This document shows, piece after piece, positions 39,342-51,033 of a stretch of DNA of 64,000 nt; position 1 is the stretch's first letter; each line of letters opens with the position of its first letter. The DNA is taken from assembly GCA_003225175.1 (NCBI GenBank), contig QIBA01000056.1:23790-87789 (forward strand), given 5' to 3'. The notes beneath the pieces are model-generated. The model had not been told where the DNA came from. It was given only the letters and a program-made list of their open reading frames with translations, and made no database searches. This stretch comes from Acidobacteriota bacterium. GTDB lineage: Bacteria; Acidobacteriota; Terriglobia; Terriglobales; Acidobacteriaceae. The position numbers were made by a program, and so were the translations under genes.

Positions 39342-39623
39342 TCACTGCCCCGCATCATGCGGAACCGTGACATTTACCGACGAGCTAGTCTTCGAGCCCG
39401 CCGAATCTGTCACGGTCACAGTGAGAATATATGCACGATCATTGCTCGAGTTGCCGGTTCTCTCGGAGCGTAGCAAGACATTATGTGCATCCTGAATTAC
39501 GCAATCTGTCGCGGTGTTGCCATCGCCAGTTCCGTTACTGAACTGATTGCTGCTGACGCTCACGACAGGCGCTAGTTGTGTATCGCAATTGTCGCTAATG
39601 CTGTATGAAAGAACGGCGTTCAT
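39342..39623 (-). CDS. Orphan Ig-like (HYR-like) domain fragment. Possible gene remnant
   Basis: 93 aa with DNCD...TDC...AYILTVTVTDSAGSKTSSSVNVTV resembling hyalin-repeat/adhesin beta-sandwich domains. No signal peptide or partner domain. Confidence 0.3.
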   Translation of the reverse strand: MNAVLSYSISDNCDTQLAPVVSVSSNQFSNGTGDGNTATDCVIQDAHNVLLRSERTGNSSNDRAYILTVTVTDSAGSKTSSSVNVTVPHDAGQ

Positions 39624-39736
39624 CAGCTTATGGTTCGGCGGTCACAGCACGGCGGAATTCACCGCAAGCGCAGCGTGGCTCGGCTATGGCTGTTTGGACA
39701 AAAGGGAACGGCAAGCTTGATGGGTCGTCGAAAGAC

Positions 39737-39758
39737 TTATCTAAATCGCTTTAGATAA
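39737..39758. promoter_or_regulatory. Palindrome ttATCTAAAtcgcTTTAGATaa, second copy of the putative LacI operator
   Basis: Shares ATCTAAA-N4-TTTAGAT with 20909-20932. Lies 60 bp downstream of the second LacI gene and upstream of the minus-strand GH67-CE15 transcription unit. Confidence 0.55.
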
Positions 39759-39817
39759 TTGTTTTTGCCCCCGAACTAATTCGGGTCAATGTAAATACCA
39801 TTCAGGAGAGCTGGAAG

Positions 39818-40885
39818 TCAACCTGACCGGACGCCGTTCGCCTCTCGGAAGAGATGAAGGTTGGAACGCAGGATAATGGAAGGATTCAAATATTGCGAAC
39901 GCGCTAGCTCTGCACCGTGCAGAAGATGTTCCACCAGGCTGCGAATAGCAAGTTGTCCTTGGACGTATGGCTGCTGATGAATGGATGCTGCGATTGCGCC
40001 TCGCTCGAAGTAAGGAATCATCTTGCGGAAGAGATCGGTAGCAATGAGCCGTACCCGGTCCCCACACTTCGCGGCGCTGAGTGCGCGACAAACCGGCAAA
40101 CAATTTACGGTGTTCACATAAATCCCGGCGAGATCACGTTCGCTTTCGACCAGGTGCATAGTCTTGCGAAAACTCTCGTCCGGATGTTCGTGCGCCTCAA
40201 TCACTGCGACGATCTCGCCGCCGGAAGAACGCTCGCGAAAGCTTGCGATGAACCCTTCAGTCTTCTGACTGTGATCCACCGTCTTCAGCATTCCTGTCAC
40301 GATCGCCACCTTGGCCCCCGCTCCGACGAAATTTGCCATAAGCTCGCCGGCGATCAAGCCGTTCAGCCGTGGCTCAATGCAAACCACTGACGAGCGGCGA
40401 CTCACGGGAGCATCGGTGGAGACACAAACGACGCGCGTCCCGCGCTGCTCTGCGATATCGATTAGGGACGTCATCGCCTCAGGATTTCCCGGTGTAACGA
40501 CGATGCCGTTTACTGCCGACCTGAGCAGCTTGTTGAATGCAGACTGTTCGCCACGTCCTAATTCCGGAACCGCAAGCGGAAGGAACTCGACCCCACGGCC
40601 AGCATAACGATCGGCCTCGTCGCGAATTCCATCCCATAGTTCGTCGTAGAAATACGCGATCTCTCTGGGAACACATATGCCGATGCGAACGTGTCTGCCG
40701 GTGGAAAGTGCCCGTGCAGCAGGGTTGGCCTTGTACCCGATTTGCCGGGCAATTTTCAGAATCCGTTTAAGGGTTTGCGGACTTATGCCGGGGCGGCCGT
40801 GCAGCGCACGGTCCACGGTGCCAATCGAGACCTCCGCCAATTTGGCAATCAGCGGAATGCCGCTCTGCTTTCTCGCCTTCCTCAT
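39818..40885 (-). CDS. LacI-family transcriptional regulator (second copy)
   Basis: HTH IAKLAEVSIGTVDRALHGRPGISPQTLKRILKIARQIGY plus a PBP-like sugar-binding domain. Confidence 0.9.
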   Translation of the reverse strand: MRKARKQSGIPLIAKLAEVSIGTVDRALHGRPGISPQTLKRILKIARQIGYKANPAARALSTGRHVRIGICVPREIAYFYDELWDGIRDEADRYAGRGVEFLPLAVPELGRGEQSAFNKLLRSAVNGIVVTPGNPEAMTSLIDIAEQRGTRVVCVSTDAPVSRRSSVVCIEPRLNGLIAGELMANFVGAGAKVAIVTGMLKTVDHSQKTEGFIASFRERSSGGEIVAVIEAHEHPDESFRKTMHLVESERDLAGIYVNTVNCLPVCRALSAAKCGDRVRLIATDLFRKMIPYFERGAIAASIHQQPYVQGQLAIRSLVEHLLHGAELARSQYLNPSIILRSNLHLFREANGVRSG

Positions 40886-40888
40886 CTG

Positions 40889-43122
40889 CTACTTCACTTC
40901 CAGGGGGACCGAGGTCAGGTCAGCGGAGTTGGGACCAACCATGATCTTGAAGGTCCCTGGCTCAACTATGCGCTTCATCTCACGATTGTAGAAAGGCAGC
41001 TCTTCCGGCCCAATCTGGAACGTCACCGTGCGAGTCTCGCCTGCCTTGATTGAGACGCGCTCGAATCCTTTTAGCTCTTTGATCGGACGTGTAACCGAGC
41101 TAACTTCATCGCGGATATACAACTGCACGACCTCATCGCCGGCACGGCTGCCTGCATTTGTCACGTCAACCGATACCTTCGCCGTTCCGTTTACAGAAAT
41201 CGAGCTGGGCTCGACTCGCACATTGCTGTAATTGAACTTTGTGTAGCTGAGTCCATAGCCGAACGGAAAGAGTGGAGAGTTGTCCGTAAATAAATAAGGA
41301 CGGCGCGCCGATGGCTTCTGATAATAGTAGTCAGGCAGTTGACCAACGGAGCGCGGGACCGTAATGGGGAGCCTGCCGGCAGGATTGTAATCGCCGAATA
41401 GAATCTCGGCCATGGCAATACGCCTAGAGCGAGGAGGCGGGAGACCAGCTCGTCTTGTCGTCCGAAGAGATCCAGGTTGTCGCGATCGCCCAGATGGTTA
41501 TTCGACCATCCCTCCCGCGAGGTTTGTTCGTTCTCTCCGACAACCACAATTCCGATATCGGCTTCTGACAGCACTTCGACGGCGTCGCTGATACGTTTTT
41601 CATCCAGCTTAGGAACGGCCGGCACTACTTTGTCTTCTTCCCAAACCGGTTTGCTCTCCGTGATTCGGCACCCTTCCGCATACAGTACCTCGGCTCTGCC
41701 GCCTACTCTGTTCTTGATTCCTTCGAGGATGCTGACATCGTGACGCGGCGTTCCGCTGTAACCACCAAGGTGAGGCTCACCCGCGTTTGGGCCGATCACA
41801 GCGATGCGTTTGAACTTTGCCAGATCAAGCGGAAGAAGCTGGTTATCGTTCTTGAGCAGAGTGATGGCCTCGCGCGCCGCCTGCAGAGCGAGTTCCCGAG
41901 CCTGTGCAGGCGAAGCGGACAGCACCGCCATCTGCGAGTCTGCGTACGGTTTTTCGAACAAGCCCAATTCGAATTTTGCTCGCAGGACTCGTGCCACCGA
42001 TTCGTTGATGAGTGACTCAGGAATCTGGCCGCTGCGCACGAGGGATGGCAATGTCTTGTAGCAACGCAAAAACGGGAGTTCAATGTCGACTCCTGCAGTG
42101 ATCGCCAGTTTCGCAGCCTGCTCGCAGTTTGCGGCGACATGATGGACGGTTATCAACTGCTCAATGGCGAAATAATCAGAGACCACCAGATTCTTAAAAC
42201 CAAACTCGCCCCGCAAGACGTTGCGCAGCAGCCAGGTGTTGCTGTGATTGGGAATGCCGTCAAGCTCGTTGTAAGACGGCATGATCGCGCGTGCATTGCC
42301 CTTGGCAATTCCGGCTTCAAATGGAGGGAGAAAATATTCGCGCACCGTGCGCTCGGAATAATTCGCGGGAGCCACATTCGCTCCGGCCTCAGGCTGACTG
42401 TGCACCGCGAAATGCTTCAGTGTGGCAAAGACATGATTGGCATCTACCGTCGGACCGTCGCCCTGCAAACCCTTGACCGCAGCGACTCCCATTCGGCCGG
42501 CAAGATATGGGTCTTCGCCGTAGGTCTCCTCAGTGCGTCCCCAACGTGGATCCCGCGCCAGATCCACAACGGGCATCAGGCACTCATGGGCACCTCGAGA
42601 CCGCGCCTCCCGAGCAGTGGCATCAAAGATGCGGCGCACGAGTGCGTCATCCCAGCTGGCAGCGAGCCCAATCGCCTGGGGATACGAAGTCGCGTCGGCC
42701 GCCACAAGGCCGTGCAGGCACTCTTCATGAAACATCAGCGGAATTCCTAATCGCGTGCTCTCAACGGCGATCCGCTGCAGCCGATTCGTGAAGTCCGCCA
42801 TTTCACGCGGCCCGCGATTCTCGCTCGGTCGAGTAACTTGTCCTAAACCATTTCTTAGCAGCTGCCGGGCTTTGGCCTCGTTAAACTCGCCTTTCTCATC
42901 AACGAAGAATTCTTCAGGAAGAAGATCCTGCGAATGGTTTTGCCAGGTCGATTCGAGTTGCGCAACTTTCTCTTCCAGAGTCATGCGGCTTAGCAGGTCA
43001 GTGACGCGCGTCTCGATCGGCAAGGCCGAATTTTTGTAGGACGGCATTGTTTGCTGGGCACCGAGAGCAGACAAGAAAAGCACGCAGACAATTACTATCC
43101 AAAAGTCTCTCCGACGATTCAT
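40889..43122 (-). pseudogene. GH3 beta-glucosidase gene disrupted by an internal deletion/frameshift (ORFs 41191..43122 and 40889..41413 are in different frames)
   Basis: The upstream ORF carries the GH3 catalytic domains (KHFAVHSQPEAG, VVSDYFAIE). The downstream ORF starts at (A)IAEILFGDYNPAGRLPITVP, the Fn3-like C-terminus. About 38 residues expected between ...LLALG and ...AIAEILFGDY (compare the intact GH3 at 23471) are missing, and the frames differ. Confidence 0.6.
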
Positions 43123-43418
43123 TCCGGTCTCTCTCCCGACGACACTCTCTACAACTCCGAAGCGGGATAGTTATACCGTTAACGTACACGAATTGCACTT
43201 CTCTTTTGTTAGGCGTTCTGGTAATAATTGCCGGGCCTCACTCTTCGAGACCGTTTTTCGCGGCGAGTATTGGCGCGCTGCTTTATGGCGAGGCTCGGGA
43301 ATTGGAAGTTCGCCAGGAACATGAAGAATTGCATTCAGGAGACCGGAAAGAGCGCCATTCTTGTCATTGCGGTAACCCTGGGCCATGCTCGGACGAAGAA
43401 GGCGCGCGCGAGGACACA

Positions 43419-44939
43419 GTGTCTTTGAACCTTCTTGGCATCGACGTGGGAACTGGCGGGACTCGCGCTCTACTGATCGAGGAAACTGGGCGAGTCATGG
43501 CTTCAGCCACGGCGGACCATCGTCCTTTTGCATCACCTCAAACAGGATGGGCTGAGCAGGAGCCAGAAGATTGGTGGCGCGCCTGCTGTCAGGCGGTCCG
43601 ACAAGTCATTTCTCAATCTAGAATCACAGCTTCAAAGATCTCGGCGGTTGGTTTCTCCGGCCAGATGCACGGAGCTGTGCTGCTTGATGCCGACGGCCAT
43701 CCTTTGCGTCCTTCATTGATCTGGTGTGATCAACGAAGTACGGAAGAAGCCGCCGAAATTACGCAGCGCATCGGCGCTGAACGGCTCATTCAGTTGACTT
43801 GCAATCCGGCGCTGACCAACTTCACTCTGACTAAGCTTCTTTGGGTGCGCAAACGTGAGCCCCACATCTTCGAGAGGTTCCGGATGTTGCAGCTTCCCAA
43901 AGACTACGTCCGCCTTCGGCTCACAGGCGAGTACGCCATGGATATGGCCGACGCTTCAGGCACGCTATTGCTGGACGTAGCCAATCGCCGTTGGTCTGCC
44001 GAGGTAGCGAGCGCAACCGGGATCAACATGGCAGCGCTGCCAAAGCTCGTCGAATCGCCGGAGGTTTGTGGCACGGTTTCGAAGCATGGAGCTGAGGCGA
44101 CTGGTCTTGCCGCTGGCACTCCGGTTGTGGCTGGCGCTGGGGACCAGGCGGCGGGAGCAGTGGGACTGGGCGTTGTCGCCCCCGGGGCGGTACACGCAAC
44201 CATCGGGACGTCAGGAGTTGTATTCGCATCTACATCGAGTCCCAAAATGGATCCACATGGCCGTCTGCACACCTTCTGCCATGCTGTTCCAGGTCGCTGG
44301 CACGTGATGGGCGTAACTCAGGCCGCTGGCCTGTCTCTGCGCTGGTTCCGGGATCACTTCGTGCCGACGTCATCTGGCAATCGCGATCCATACGATGTCC
44401 TCGCTGAGGAAGCCTCCTCTGTAGGTCCAGGATCAGACGGCGTTCTCTGGGCTCCTTACTTGATGGGCGAGCGCACACCTCATCTTGATCCCGAGGCTCG
44501 CGCGGCGCTGGTGGGCCTCTCTGCGAATCATCGCCGTGCTCACGTCGTGCGAGCCATCATGGAGGGAGTGGCTTTCAGTCTGCGCGACTCGTTCTCGATC
44601 TTCGAAGAGCTGCAAGTACCAGTTACAAACATTCGTCTCGGAGGCGGAGGAGCACGTTCGCCCCTGTGGCGGCAGATCCAGGCTGACGTCTATTCTCACA
44701 ATGTGGAAATTGTGGAGGCGGAAGAGGGAGCCGCATACGGCGCCGCGCTTCTGGCGGGCGCCGGCGCCAAAGTATGGAATACAGTGGATGAAGCCTGCCG
44801 CAGTGCTGTCCGGGTTAAGAGCGTAGTTGGCCCAAATCGGGAGGCAGCCCAGATTATGCAGCGGCAATACGCAACGTATCGCCGAATTTATCCAGCACTG
44901 CGACACATCCGCGATTCATATTCGAGTCAAACAGCCTAG
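43419..44939 (+). CDS. xylB: Xylulokinase (FGGY family)
   Basis: [18 protein letters not shown] (FGGY N-terminal motif) and [12 protein letters not shown]. Start placed at GTG 43419. The in-frame ORF extends to 43047 but has a non-homologous N-terminal extension. Confidence 0.85.
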   Translation: MSLNLLGIDVGTGGTRALLIEETGRVMASATADHRPFASPQTGWAEQEPEDWWRACCQAVRQVISQSRITASKISAVGFSGQMHGAVLLDADGHPLRPSLIWCDQRSTEEAAEITQRIGAERLIQLTCNPALTNFTLTKLLWVRKREPHIFERFRMLQLPKDYVRLRLTGEYAMDMADASGTLLLDVANRRWSAEVASATGINMAALPKLVESPEVCGTVSKHGAEATGLAAGTPVVAGAGDQAAGAVGLGVVAPGAVHATIGTSGVVFASTSSPKMDPHGRLHTFCHAVPGRWHVMGVTQAAGLSLRWFRDHFVPTSSGNRDPYDVLAEEASSVGPGSDGVLWAPYLMGERTPHLDPEARAALVGLSANHRRAHVVRAIMEGVAFSLRDSFSIFEELQVPVTNIRLGGGGARSPLWRQIQADVYSHNVEIVEAEEGAAYGAALLAGAGAKVWNTVDEACRSAVRVKSVVGPNREAAQIMQRQYATYRRIYPALRHIRDSYSSQTA

Positions 44940-44958
44940 CGATTCGCAAGGAGACTTC

Positions 44959-46122
44959 ATGCCCAGTAATGATTATCAACCCAAGCCCGAGCACAAATTC
45001 TCTTTCGGATTGTGGACGATTGGGAATCGCGGACGCGATCCTTTTGGCGAGGCTGTGCGCCCGACGATCCCGCCGAACGACATTGTTGCTCTGCTGGCTG
45101 AAGTAGGAGCATGGGGCGTGAATCTTCACGACAATGACCTCGTTCCAATCGATGCCAGTCCGTCGGAGCACGACCGCATTGTGCGCGAGTTTAAAAAAGC
45201 GTGCGAGCGCCATGGCGTCGTCGTGCCGATGGCCACCGTGAGCCTTTTTTACGACCCTGTATTTCGTGACGGCGCGTTCACAGCTAATGATCCCGAGGTC
45301 CGCGCTTATGCTGTGCAAAAAACTATGCGCGCCATGGACCTCGGCGCGGAACTCGGAGCGAAGATCTTTGTGCTCTGGGGCGGACGTGAAGGCACGGAAA
45401 CAGATGCATGCCGCCGTCCTGACCACGCGGTTAAGAACCTGCGCGAGTCCATCAACTATCTTTGCGAGTACAACATCGATAAGAAGTATGCATACAAGTT
45501 TGCGCTCGAAGCCAAGCCGAACGAGCCGCGAGGCGACATCTATATGCCGACTACAGGGGCATACCTGGGACTAATTACCTCGCTCGATCATCCTGAGATG
45601 GTCGGGGTAAATCCCGAAGTGGCACACGAGCACATGGCTGGTCTTAATTTCGTCCACGCCGTCGCCCAAGCGTGGGAAGCGGGAAAGCTCTTTCACATCG
45701 ATCTGAACGATCAATATCCCGGGCGCTATGATCAGGATCTGCGCTTTGGATCAGCGACACCCAAAGCTATGTTCTGGCTCGTGAAGTTTCTCGAAGACGT
45801 AGGCTACGAGGGTCCTCGACACTTTGACGCTCATGCGTATCGTACTGAAGATATCTCGGGCGTGAAGGACTTCGCGCGCGGATGCATGCGCACCTACCTC
45901 ATTCTTAGAGAGAAGGCCAGTCGCTGGAATGCCGATAAGGAAATTCGCGAGATTCTGGCTGAGGTAAACGGTACTCCATCAGGTCATGTAGGAAAATACT
46001 CGAGCCAGAATGCGAAGTCTTTGTTGAGCAAGTCTTTCGATCGCGCAACGCTTTCCAAAAAAGGACTCCAGTATGAGCGCCTCGATCAGCTTACGATCGA
46101 CCTTTTACTTGGAGCGCGTTGA
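44959..46122 (+). CDS. xylA: Xylose isomerase
   Basis: [18 protein letters not shown] and a metal-binding TIM barrel. Start at ATG 44959, preceded by AAGGAGA. Confidence 0.9.
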   Translation: MPSNDYQPKPEHKFSFGLWTIGNRGRDPFGEAVRPTIPPNDIVALLAEVGAWGVNLHDNDLVPIDASPSEHDRIVREFKKACERHGVVVPMATVSLFYDPVFRDGAFTANDPEVRAYAVQKTMRAMDLGAELGAKIFVLWGGREGTETDACRRPDHAVKNLRESINYLCEYNIDKKYAYKFALEAKPNEPRGDIYMPTTGAYLGLITSLDHPEMVGVNPEVAHEHMAGLNFVHAVAQAWEAGKLFHIDLNDQYPGRYDQDLRFGSATPKAMFWLVKFLEDVGYEGPRHFDAHAYRTEDISGVKDFARGCMRTYLILREKASRWNADKEIREILAEVNGTPSGHVGKYSSQNAKSLLSKSFDRATLSKKGLQYERLDQLTIDLLLGAR

Positions 46123-46230
46123 CAGCCAGCATTATTTCGCCTGGCATGGATTCGTACGGCACGGCTTGGGCGAAGCGGAGCCGTGCCCCCCCATACGAAC
46201 CTAAATCTGAGACTTCCAACGGAATCACCG

Positions 46231-47070
46231 CTAGCTTCCGCCTAGCACCAACGGCAACCCGTTCTTTTGATTGCCGACGATCACCACTTTTGCATTCGGC
46301 GAGGCTGCGAACTTCTCAGTGGCTTCGATCCCCTTCCACTCAAGCAGTCCTGGCGTGATTCCTTGCGCCACGATTGTCTGGAAGTCTTTAATGCCCTGTG
46401 CCTCGATGCGCTTGCGGTCAGCTTCCTGTTTCTCTTTTTGCAGTTTGAATTGCATGGCGAGAGACTCTTGTTCGGATGCCTGCTTCAATTCGATAGAACG
46501 CTTCAGCGATTCAGGAAGCTGGATGTCTCGCAGCAGGATCTTCTCAACAACAATTCCTCTGGCGGAGAGTTGCGACGCCAGGTTCGATTCGATTTCTTTT
46601 GCGACTAGTTCTCTTTCCCCAGTGTAGAGCGCGTTTGCTCCGTGGGATGAAGTTGCCTCGCGAATCGCGGAGCGCATCGTGGGCTCCACAATCTTGATTT
46701 GATAGTCAGCTCCTAGATGCTGGTAAACATCGGCCGCCTTGTCTTTGTCGAGATGAAAGAGCAGCGAGGCCTCTAATGTCATTATCAATCCTTCGCTGGA
46801 CGGAACCGATGCGGTCTCCTTTTGTTCCTGAGTCCTGACTGACAGTTGGTTGGAAGATTTAAGTGGATCGACCAGGTGAATGCCTTCCGGCAAAACATCG
46901 CCTGTGACTCGGCCAAACTTGGTCAGCACACCGACATTTCCGGTGTCTACCTTCGTAATCGCGCATGCTCCCATAAAGAAGAGGAGCACGAGAATCAAAG
47001 CCGTCACCAGCACACGTGACAAACCTCCAACGCTCATCTGCCTCCGGCTTCCGTAATCTGCCATGTTCAT
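46231..47070 (-). CDS. SPFH/band-7 (prohibitin/stomatin-like) membrane protein
   Basis: N-terminal TM followed by an SPFH domain (TKVDTGNVGVLTKFGRV...). Confidence 0.8.
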   Translation of the reverse strand: MNMADYGSRRQMSVGGLSRVLVTALILVLLFFMGACAITKVDTGNVGVLTKFGRVTGDVLPEGIHLVDPLKSSNQLSVRTQEQKETASVPSSEGLIMTLEASLLFHLDKDKAADVYQHLGADYQIKIVEPTMRSAIREATSSHGANALYTGERELVAKEIESNLASQLSARGIVVEKILLRDIQLPESLKRSIELKQASEQESLAMQFKLQKEKQEADRKRIEAQGIKDFQTIVAQGITPGLLEWKGIEATEKFAASPNAKVVIVGNQKNGLPLVLGGS

Positions 47071-47241
47071 TGCTTTCCTCCCATCAGATTAAGCCATGAT
47101 TCCGCATAGAGGAGATAAGCGGAAGTGCCTTAATGGAGACTGACCGGATATCTCTTGCGATTGCGGTTTTACGCAATGATTTCCCGAAGAGAACCTGCAT
47201 CTATGGCGGACAATACAAATAGCTGGTTTCTATGAAGTCGT

Positions 47242-48486
47242 TTGTCGTGTAACGGCTTTCGGACTGCGGTGAACTCTATCTCCACTACGATCGACCGAGA
47301 CGTGAGCGCCTATCGGGGCGCTCTCCAGGTGCTCGTGACGGCCTTCATTGCGCTCTTCTGCATCGTTGGACTATCGCTCTGGGGACTGCCGTTCTTTTAT
47401 GACTTTATGGTGCGGCAGTTTGGATGGACGCGCGCACAGGTCACCTCGGGAAATGCCATCAGTAAACTGATCGTGGGCCCTGCATTCGGATTCTTTGCGG
47501 GATGGATGGTCGATCGTTTCGGCCCGCGTCAGCTGATGATGGTAGGGATTCTGCTCGCCGGATCGGCGCTGGTGGGACTGGGTGGCATTTCCAGTTTAGG
47601 AATGTTCTACGTTTTTTACGTGTTCAATGCCCTGGGATACGTCTGCGCCGGGCCGCTGCCGAACCAGGTACTGCTCTCCCGCTGCTTCGAGAGATCCAGG
47701 GGCAAGGCGATGGGAATCGCCTATCTGGGAATTGGACTGGGTGGTGCCGTGTCACCGTGGATCTCGCATCTGCTGGTGCAGCGATTCGGATGGCAAGCCG
47801 CGTTGAAGCTGCTGGGCGTTTTGATCGTGGTTCTCGCATTTCCCCTGGCCCTCTCAGTGCGAGATGTGCCCGCGCAGCGCTCGATTTCACCGACCACAAC
47901 TTCGCATTCCGGAGTTCGGGCGGCATTTAAGAGAACAGCGCTGTATCTGCTTATCGCAGCCAGCATGTGCTCGATCGCCGCGGTCAGCGGAACGCAGCAA
48001 AATCTCAAATTGTTCTTGAGCCTCGATCAGCACTATTCTCAGGAGGCCGCGACTCGCATCCTTTCTCTTGTGCTCACGTTCAGCATGGTTGGACGGCTCT
48101 TAATGGGATGGTTAGCCGATCATTTTTCGGTTAAGTACGTAATGCTTTTGATTTACACGCTAGTGGCAAGTGCAATTCCATTTCTATTTCTTGCTCCTGC
48201 TACGGTACCGATGTATGCATTCGCCATACTATTTGGCATTGGGCTCGGCGGAGATTACATGATCATTCCCCTGATGACCGCGGAGATTTTCGGCTTGCAG
48301 ATTTTGGGCACGCTGCTGGGAGTGATACTCACAGCAGACGGAGTTGCTGAAGCTGTTTCTCCATGGGTTGTGGGAGATTTGCGCGATATCTCTGGCAGCT
48401 ACACCGCAGGATTTAGTCTGCTGGTGGCCATAGCGCTGCTGGGCGCCGGCATTGCGATGATGTTGCCGAAGAAAGCCAAAGCATGA
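47242..48486 (+). CDS. MFS transporter
   Basis: 12 predicted TM helices. MFS signature [11 protein letters not shown] after TM2. Confidence 0.8.
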   Translation: MSCNGFRTAVNSISTTIDRDVSAYRGALQVLVTAFIALFCIVGLSLWGLPFFYDFMVRQFGWTRAQVTSGNAISKLIVGPAFGFFAGWMVDRFGPRQLMMVGILLAGSALVGLGGISSLGMFYVFYVFNALGYVCAGPLPNQVLLSRCFERSRGKAMGIAYLGIGLGGAVSPWISHLLVQRFGWQAALKLLGVLIVVLAFPLALSVRDVPAQRSISPTTTSHSGVRAAFKRTALYLLIAASMCSIAAVSGTQQNLKLFLSLDQHYSQEAATRILSLVLTFSMVGRLLMGWLADHFSVKYVMLLIYTLVASAIPFLFLAPATVPMYAFAILFGIGLGGDYMIIPLMTAEIFGLQILGTLLGVILTADGVAEAVSPWVVGDLRDISGSYTAGFSLLVAIALLGAGIAMMLPKKAKA

Positions 48487-50024
48487 ACACGAATGCGATC
48501 GCACGAATCGGGAGCATGCACACGGTGGAACGCTTTGAAACCCACTTGAGGTCTTTAGGTGTAGAGATCCCATGCGATCGTGAAGTGCTCAGCGGTTCCG
48601 ATTCACCGCTGGCCAGGCCTCTTGAAAGTGGAGGAATCCGCATCGCGAATCGCATCGCAGTCCAGCCCATGGAAGGGTGGGACGGTGCCGCCGATGGCAA
48701 TCCCACGGAGCAGACACTACGCCGCTGGCAAAGGTTTGGGCGCAGCGGCGCAAAACTGGTCTGGGGCGGAGAGGCGGTCGCGGTTTCGCACGCCGGCCGT
48801 GCTAGTCCGAATCAACTTGTGGCCGCTGAACACTCGCGCAAGGGACTGGAACGCCTGCGCTCCGCGCTACTTGCCGAACATCGGCAGACCACCGGCTCCG
48901 ACGATGGATTGCTGGTCGGCCTGCAGCTCACGCATTCCGGACGTTTCAGTCGTCCTAACCTGAAGGAGCGTGCTGAGCCGCGAATCCTCTATCGGCATCC
49001 TATTTTGGATCGGCGGACGGGACTGCCCAACGATTATCCCATCCTCAGCGATTTCGACATTGAGCAAATCATTGGCGAGTTCCATCGCGCCGCGAGTATT
49101 GCATGGGAGCTCGGCTTCGACTTTGTCGATGTGAAGCACTGCCATGGATACCTCGGACACGAGTTTCTGAGCGCCCACACCCGGGAGGGAAAGTACGGCG
49201 GCAGCTTCGGGAATCGCACGAGATTCTTGCACGAGGTGGTAGAAGGCATTCGCGCGTCGGCGCCGGGCTTGCAGGTCGGAGTGCGACTCTCAGCTTTTGA
49301 CGTTGTGCCCTTCAAGCCGGATCCAGAGCTATCGTCGTCGGGAAAGCCGGGACCCGGCATTCCCGAAGACTACGGCCAACTGCTTCCCTACAGATTCGGC
49401 TTTGGAGTAAACCAGCAGCTGCCGATTGAACCAGACTTGCGCGAGCCCATCGAGTTTCTCTCGTTACTCAAGGAACTGGACATTCGGCTTGTGAATCTCA
49501 CGGCGGGAAGTCCTTATTACAACCCACATGTTCAGAGGCCTGCATTGTATCCGCCTTCCGACGGGTACTTGCCGCCTGAAGATCCGCTGGCCGGCGTCGC
49601 TCGACAATTGACCATTGCACGGGATCTGAAAGCGCATTTCCCCGAAATCATATTTGTGGGCTCCGGCTACAGTTATCTACAGGATTTTCTTCCGGCAGTG
49701 GCTCAGGCAGCAGTTCGTGAGGATTGGATCGATTTCATTGGTCTCGGCAGAGTCGTACTCTCGTACCCCGAGATTCTGTGGGACGCGTTACAAGGTCAAC
49801 CCATGCAGCGCAAGCGAATTTGCCGCACTTTCAGCGATTGCACCACGGCTCCGCGGAATGGCTTACCTTCAGGTTGCTATCCACTGGATCCCTACTATAA
49901 AGATTCCGAATTGGGAGAACTCTTGAGAAACGCCAAGACGAAATCCAATCCCGCAACTCGACCAAATCTCGATGTCGCATCGGAAGCTTTAACCTCCATC
50001 CAGGAAGCAGGAAATGACAATTGA
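48483..50024 (+). CDS. NADH:flavin oxidoreductase, Old Yellow Enzyme-like (TIM-barrel FMN enzyme)
   Basis: [14 protein letters not shown]...[20 protein letters not shown]... Typical OYE motifs. ATGA overlap with the MFS stop. Confidence 0.75.
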   Translation: MNTNAIARIGSMHTVERFETHLRSLGVEIPCDREVLSGSDSPLARPLESGGIRIANRIAVQPMEGWDGAADGNPTEQTLRRWQRFGRSGAKLVWGGEAVAVSHAGRASPNQLVAAEHSRKGLERLRSALLAEHRQTTGSDDGLLVGLQLTHSGRFSRPNLKERAEPRILYRHPILDRRTGLPNDYPILSDFDIEQIIGEFHRAASIAWELGFDFVDVKHCHGYLGHEFLSAHTREGKYGGSFGNRTRFLHEVVEGIRASAPGLQVGVRLSAFDVVPFKPDPELSSSGKPGPGIPEDYGQLLPYRFGFGVNQQLPIEPDLREPIEFLSLLKELDIRLVNLTAGSPYYNPHVQRPALYPPSDGYLPPEDPLAGVARQLTIARDLKAHFPEIIFVGSGYSYLQDFLPAVAQAAVREDWIDFIGLGRVVLSYPEILWDALQGQPMQRKRICRTFSDCTTAPRNGLPSGCYPLDPYYKDSELGELLRNAKTKSNPATRPNLDVASEALTSIQEAGNDN

Positions 50025-51033
50025 TTCCATCCGCGACCGGCAGAAGCTGCGGCGCAAGGTCACCGGCATCGCGGCCGCGTTGCTTCCATATTCATCGGAA
50101 GGCATGATTGCGGTCGAAGCCTTTCAGCAACATCTTGTGTCAACGCAGCGCGCGGGCCTGATGAATGCTGTGAATATGGACACCGGCTACGTGAACTATC
50201 TCAGTGCTTCAGAAAAGCAGGATGTCCTGCGATGGACGCGAGAGGCTCTGGGCAAAGACACTTTTGTAGCCGGGGCATATATAGAAGGAGAAGCTGGCGA
50301 TATAGTCGCGCTTTATCGGCGCGCGATGGATCGGATCATCAACTTCGGCGGCACTCCGATTCTATTTCAGACGGCCCGGCTGCAGGGCAAATCGGCGCGC
50401 GAAAAGATCGCGGTTTATGCGGCTTTGTGCAAAGGATACGAGAGTGTTTTGGCGTTTGAACTCGGTAACATATTCGCGCCAAACGGGGAGATCTTCGACG
50501 ATGAGACGGTAAAGGGATTGCTGGATATTCCCGAAATGAAAGGGATGAAGCACTCCTCCCTCGATCGCATTCGGGAATTCAGCCGTTTGGCGTTGCGCGA
50601 CGAGAGACGTCCGGACTTCGCGATCTACACCGGCAACGATCTGGGCATCAACATAATCGAATACGGCTCAGACTACCTGCTTGGACTTGCAACATTCGCT
50701 CCGGAGAAGTTCGCCGAACGCGACCGCCTTTGGGAGGCTGGGGCACCAGCATATTACGCCCTCTCGGACGCTCTGCAGCATCTGGGCAACATCGCCTTTC
50801 GCGACCCGGTTCCCGCCTACAAGCATTCTGCAGCAGTCTTTCTGCACTTGATGGGCAGGATTCCGTCTGACCGGGCGCATCCAAAAAATCCGCTTCGGCC
50901 GAAATGGGAAAGCGAAATGCTGCTCGACTGTGCGCGACGTTTGGATCTCCGTTCCGAGTCGGGAGCTGATGTGACTGTCAGCGGGTCAAGAACGACGGAC
51001 CGGCACAAGGTTGTGTCCGATCAGCGGGTTTAA
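50014..51033 (+). CDS. Dihydrodipicolinate synthase/N-acetylneuraminate-lyase family class I aldolase-like protein
   Basis: (beta/alpha)8 DHDPS-family-like N-terminus [15 protein letters not shown]. Overlaps the upstream gene by 11 nt. Confidence 0.5.
   Translation: MTIDSIRDRQKLRRKVTGIAAALLPYSSEGMIAVEAFQQHLVSTQRAGLMNAVNMDTGYVNYLSASEKQDVLRWTREALGKDTFVAGAYIEGEAGDIVALYRRAMDRIINFGGTPILFQTARLQGKSAREKIAVYAALCKGYESVLAFELGNIFAPNGEIFDDETVKGLLDIPEMKGMKHSSLDRIREFSRLALRDERRPDFAIYTGNDLGINIIEYGSDYLLGLATFAPEKFAERDRLWEAGAPAYYALSDALQHLGNIAFRDPVPAYKHSAAVFLHLMGRIPSDRAHPKNPLRPKWESEMLLDCARRLDLRSESGADVTVSGSRTTDRHKVVSDQRV

Noticed and set aside
43047-43418. Extended 124-aa N-terminus of the xylB ORF
   Set aside because: No similarity to FGGY kinases before ...[10 protein letters not shown]. 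Likely 5' leader read through to an upstream ATG. Start moved to GTG 43419
44854-45426. 190-aa minus-strand ORF overlapping xylB/xylA
   Set aside because: Antisense to two well-supported genes
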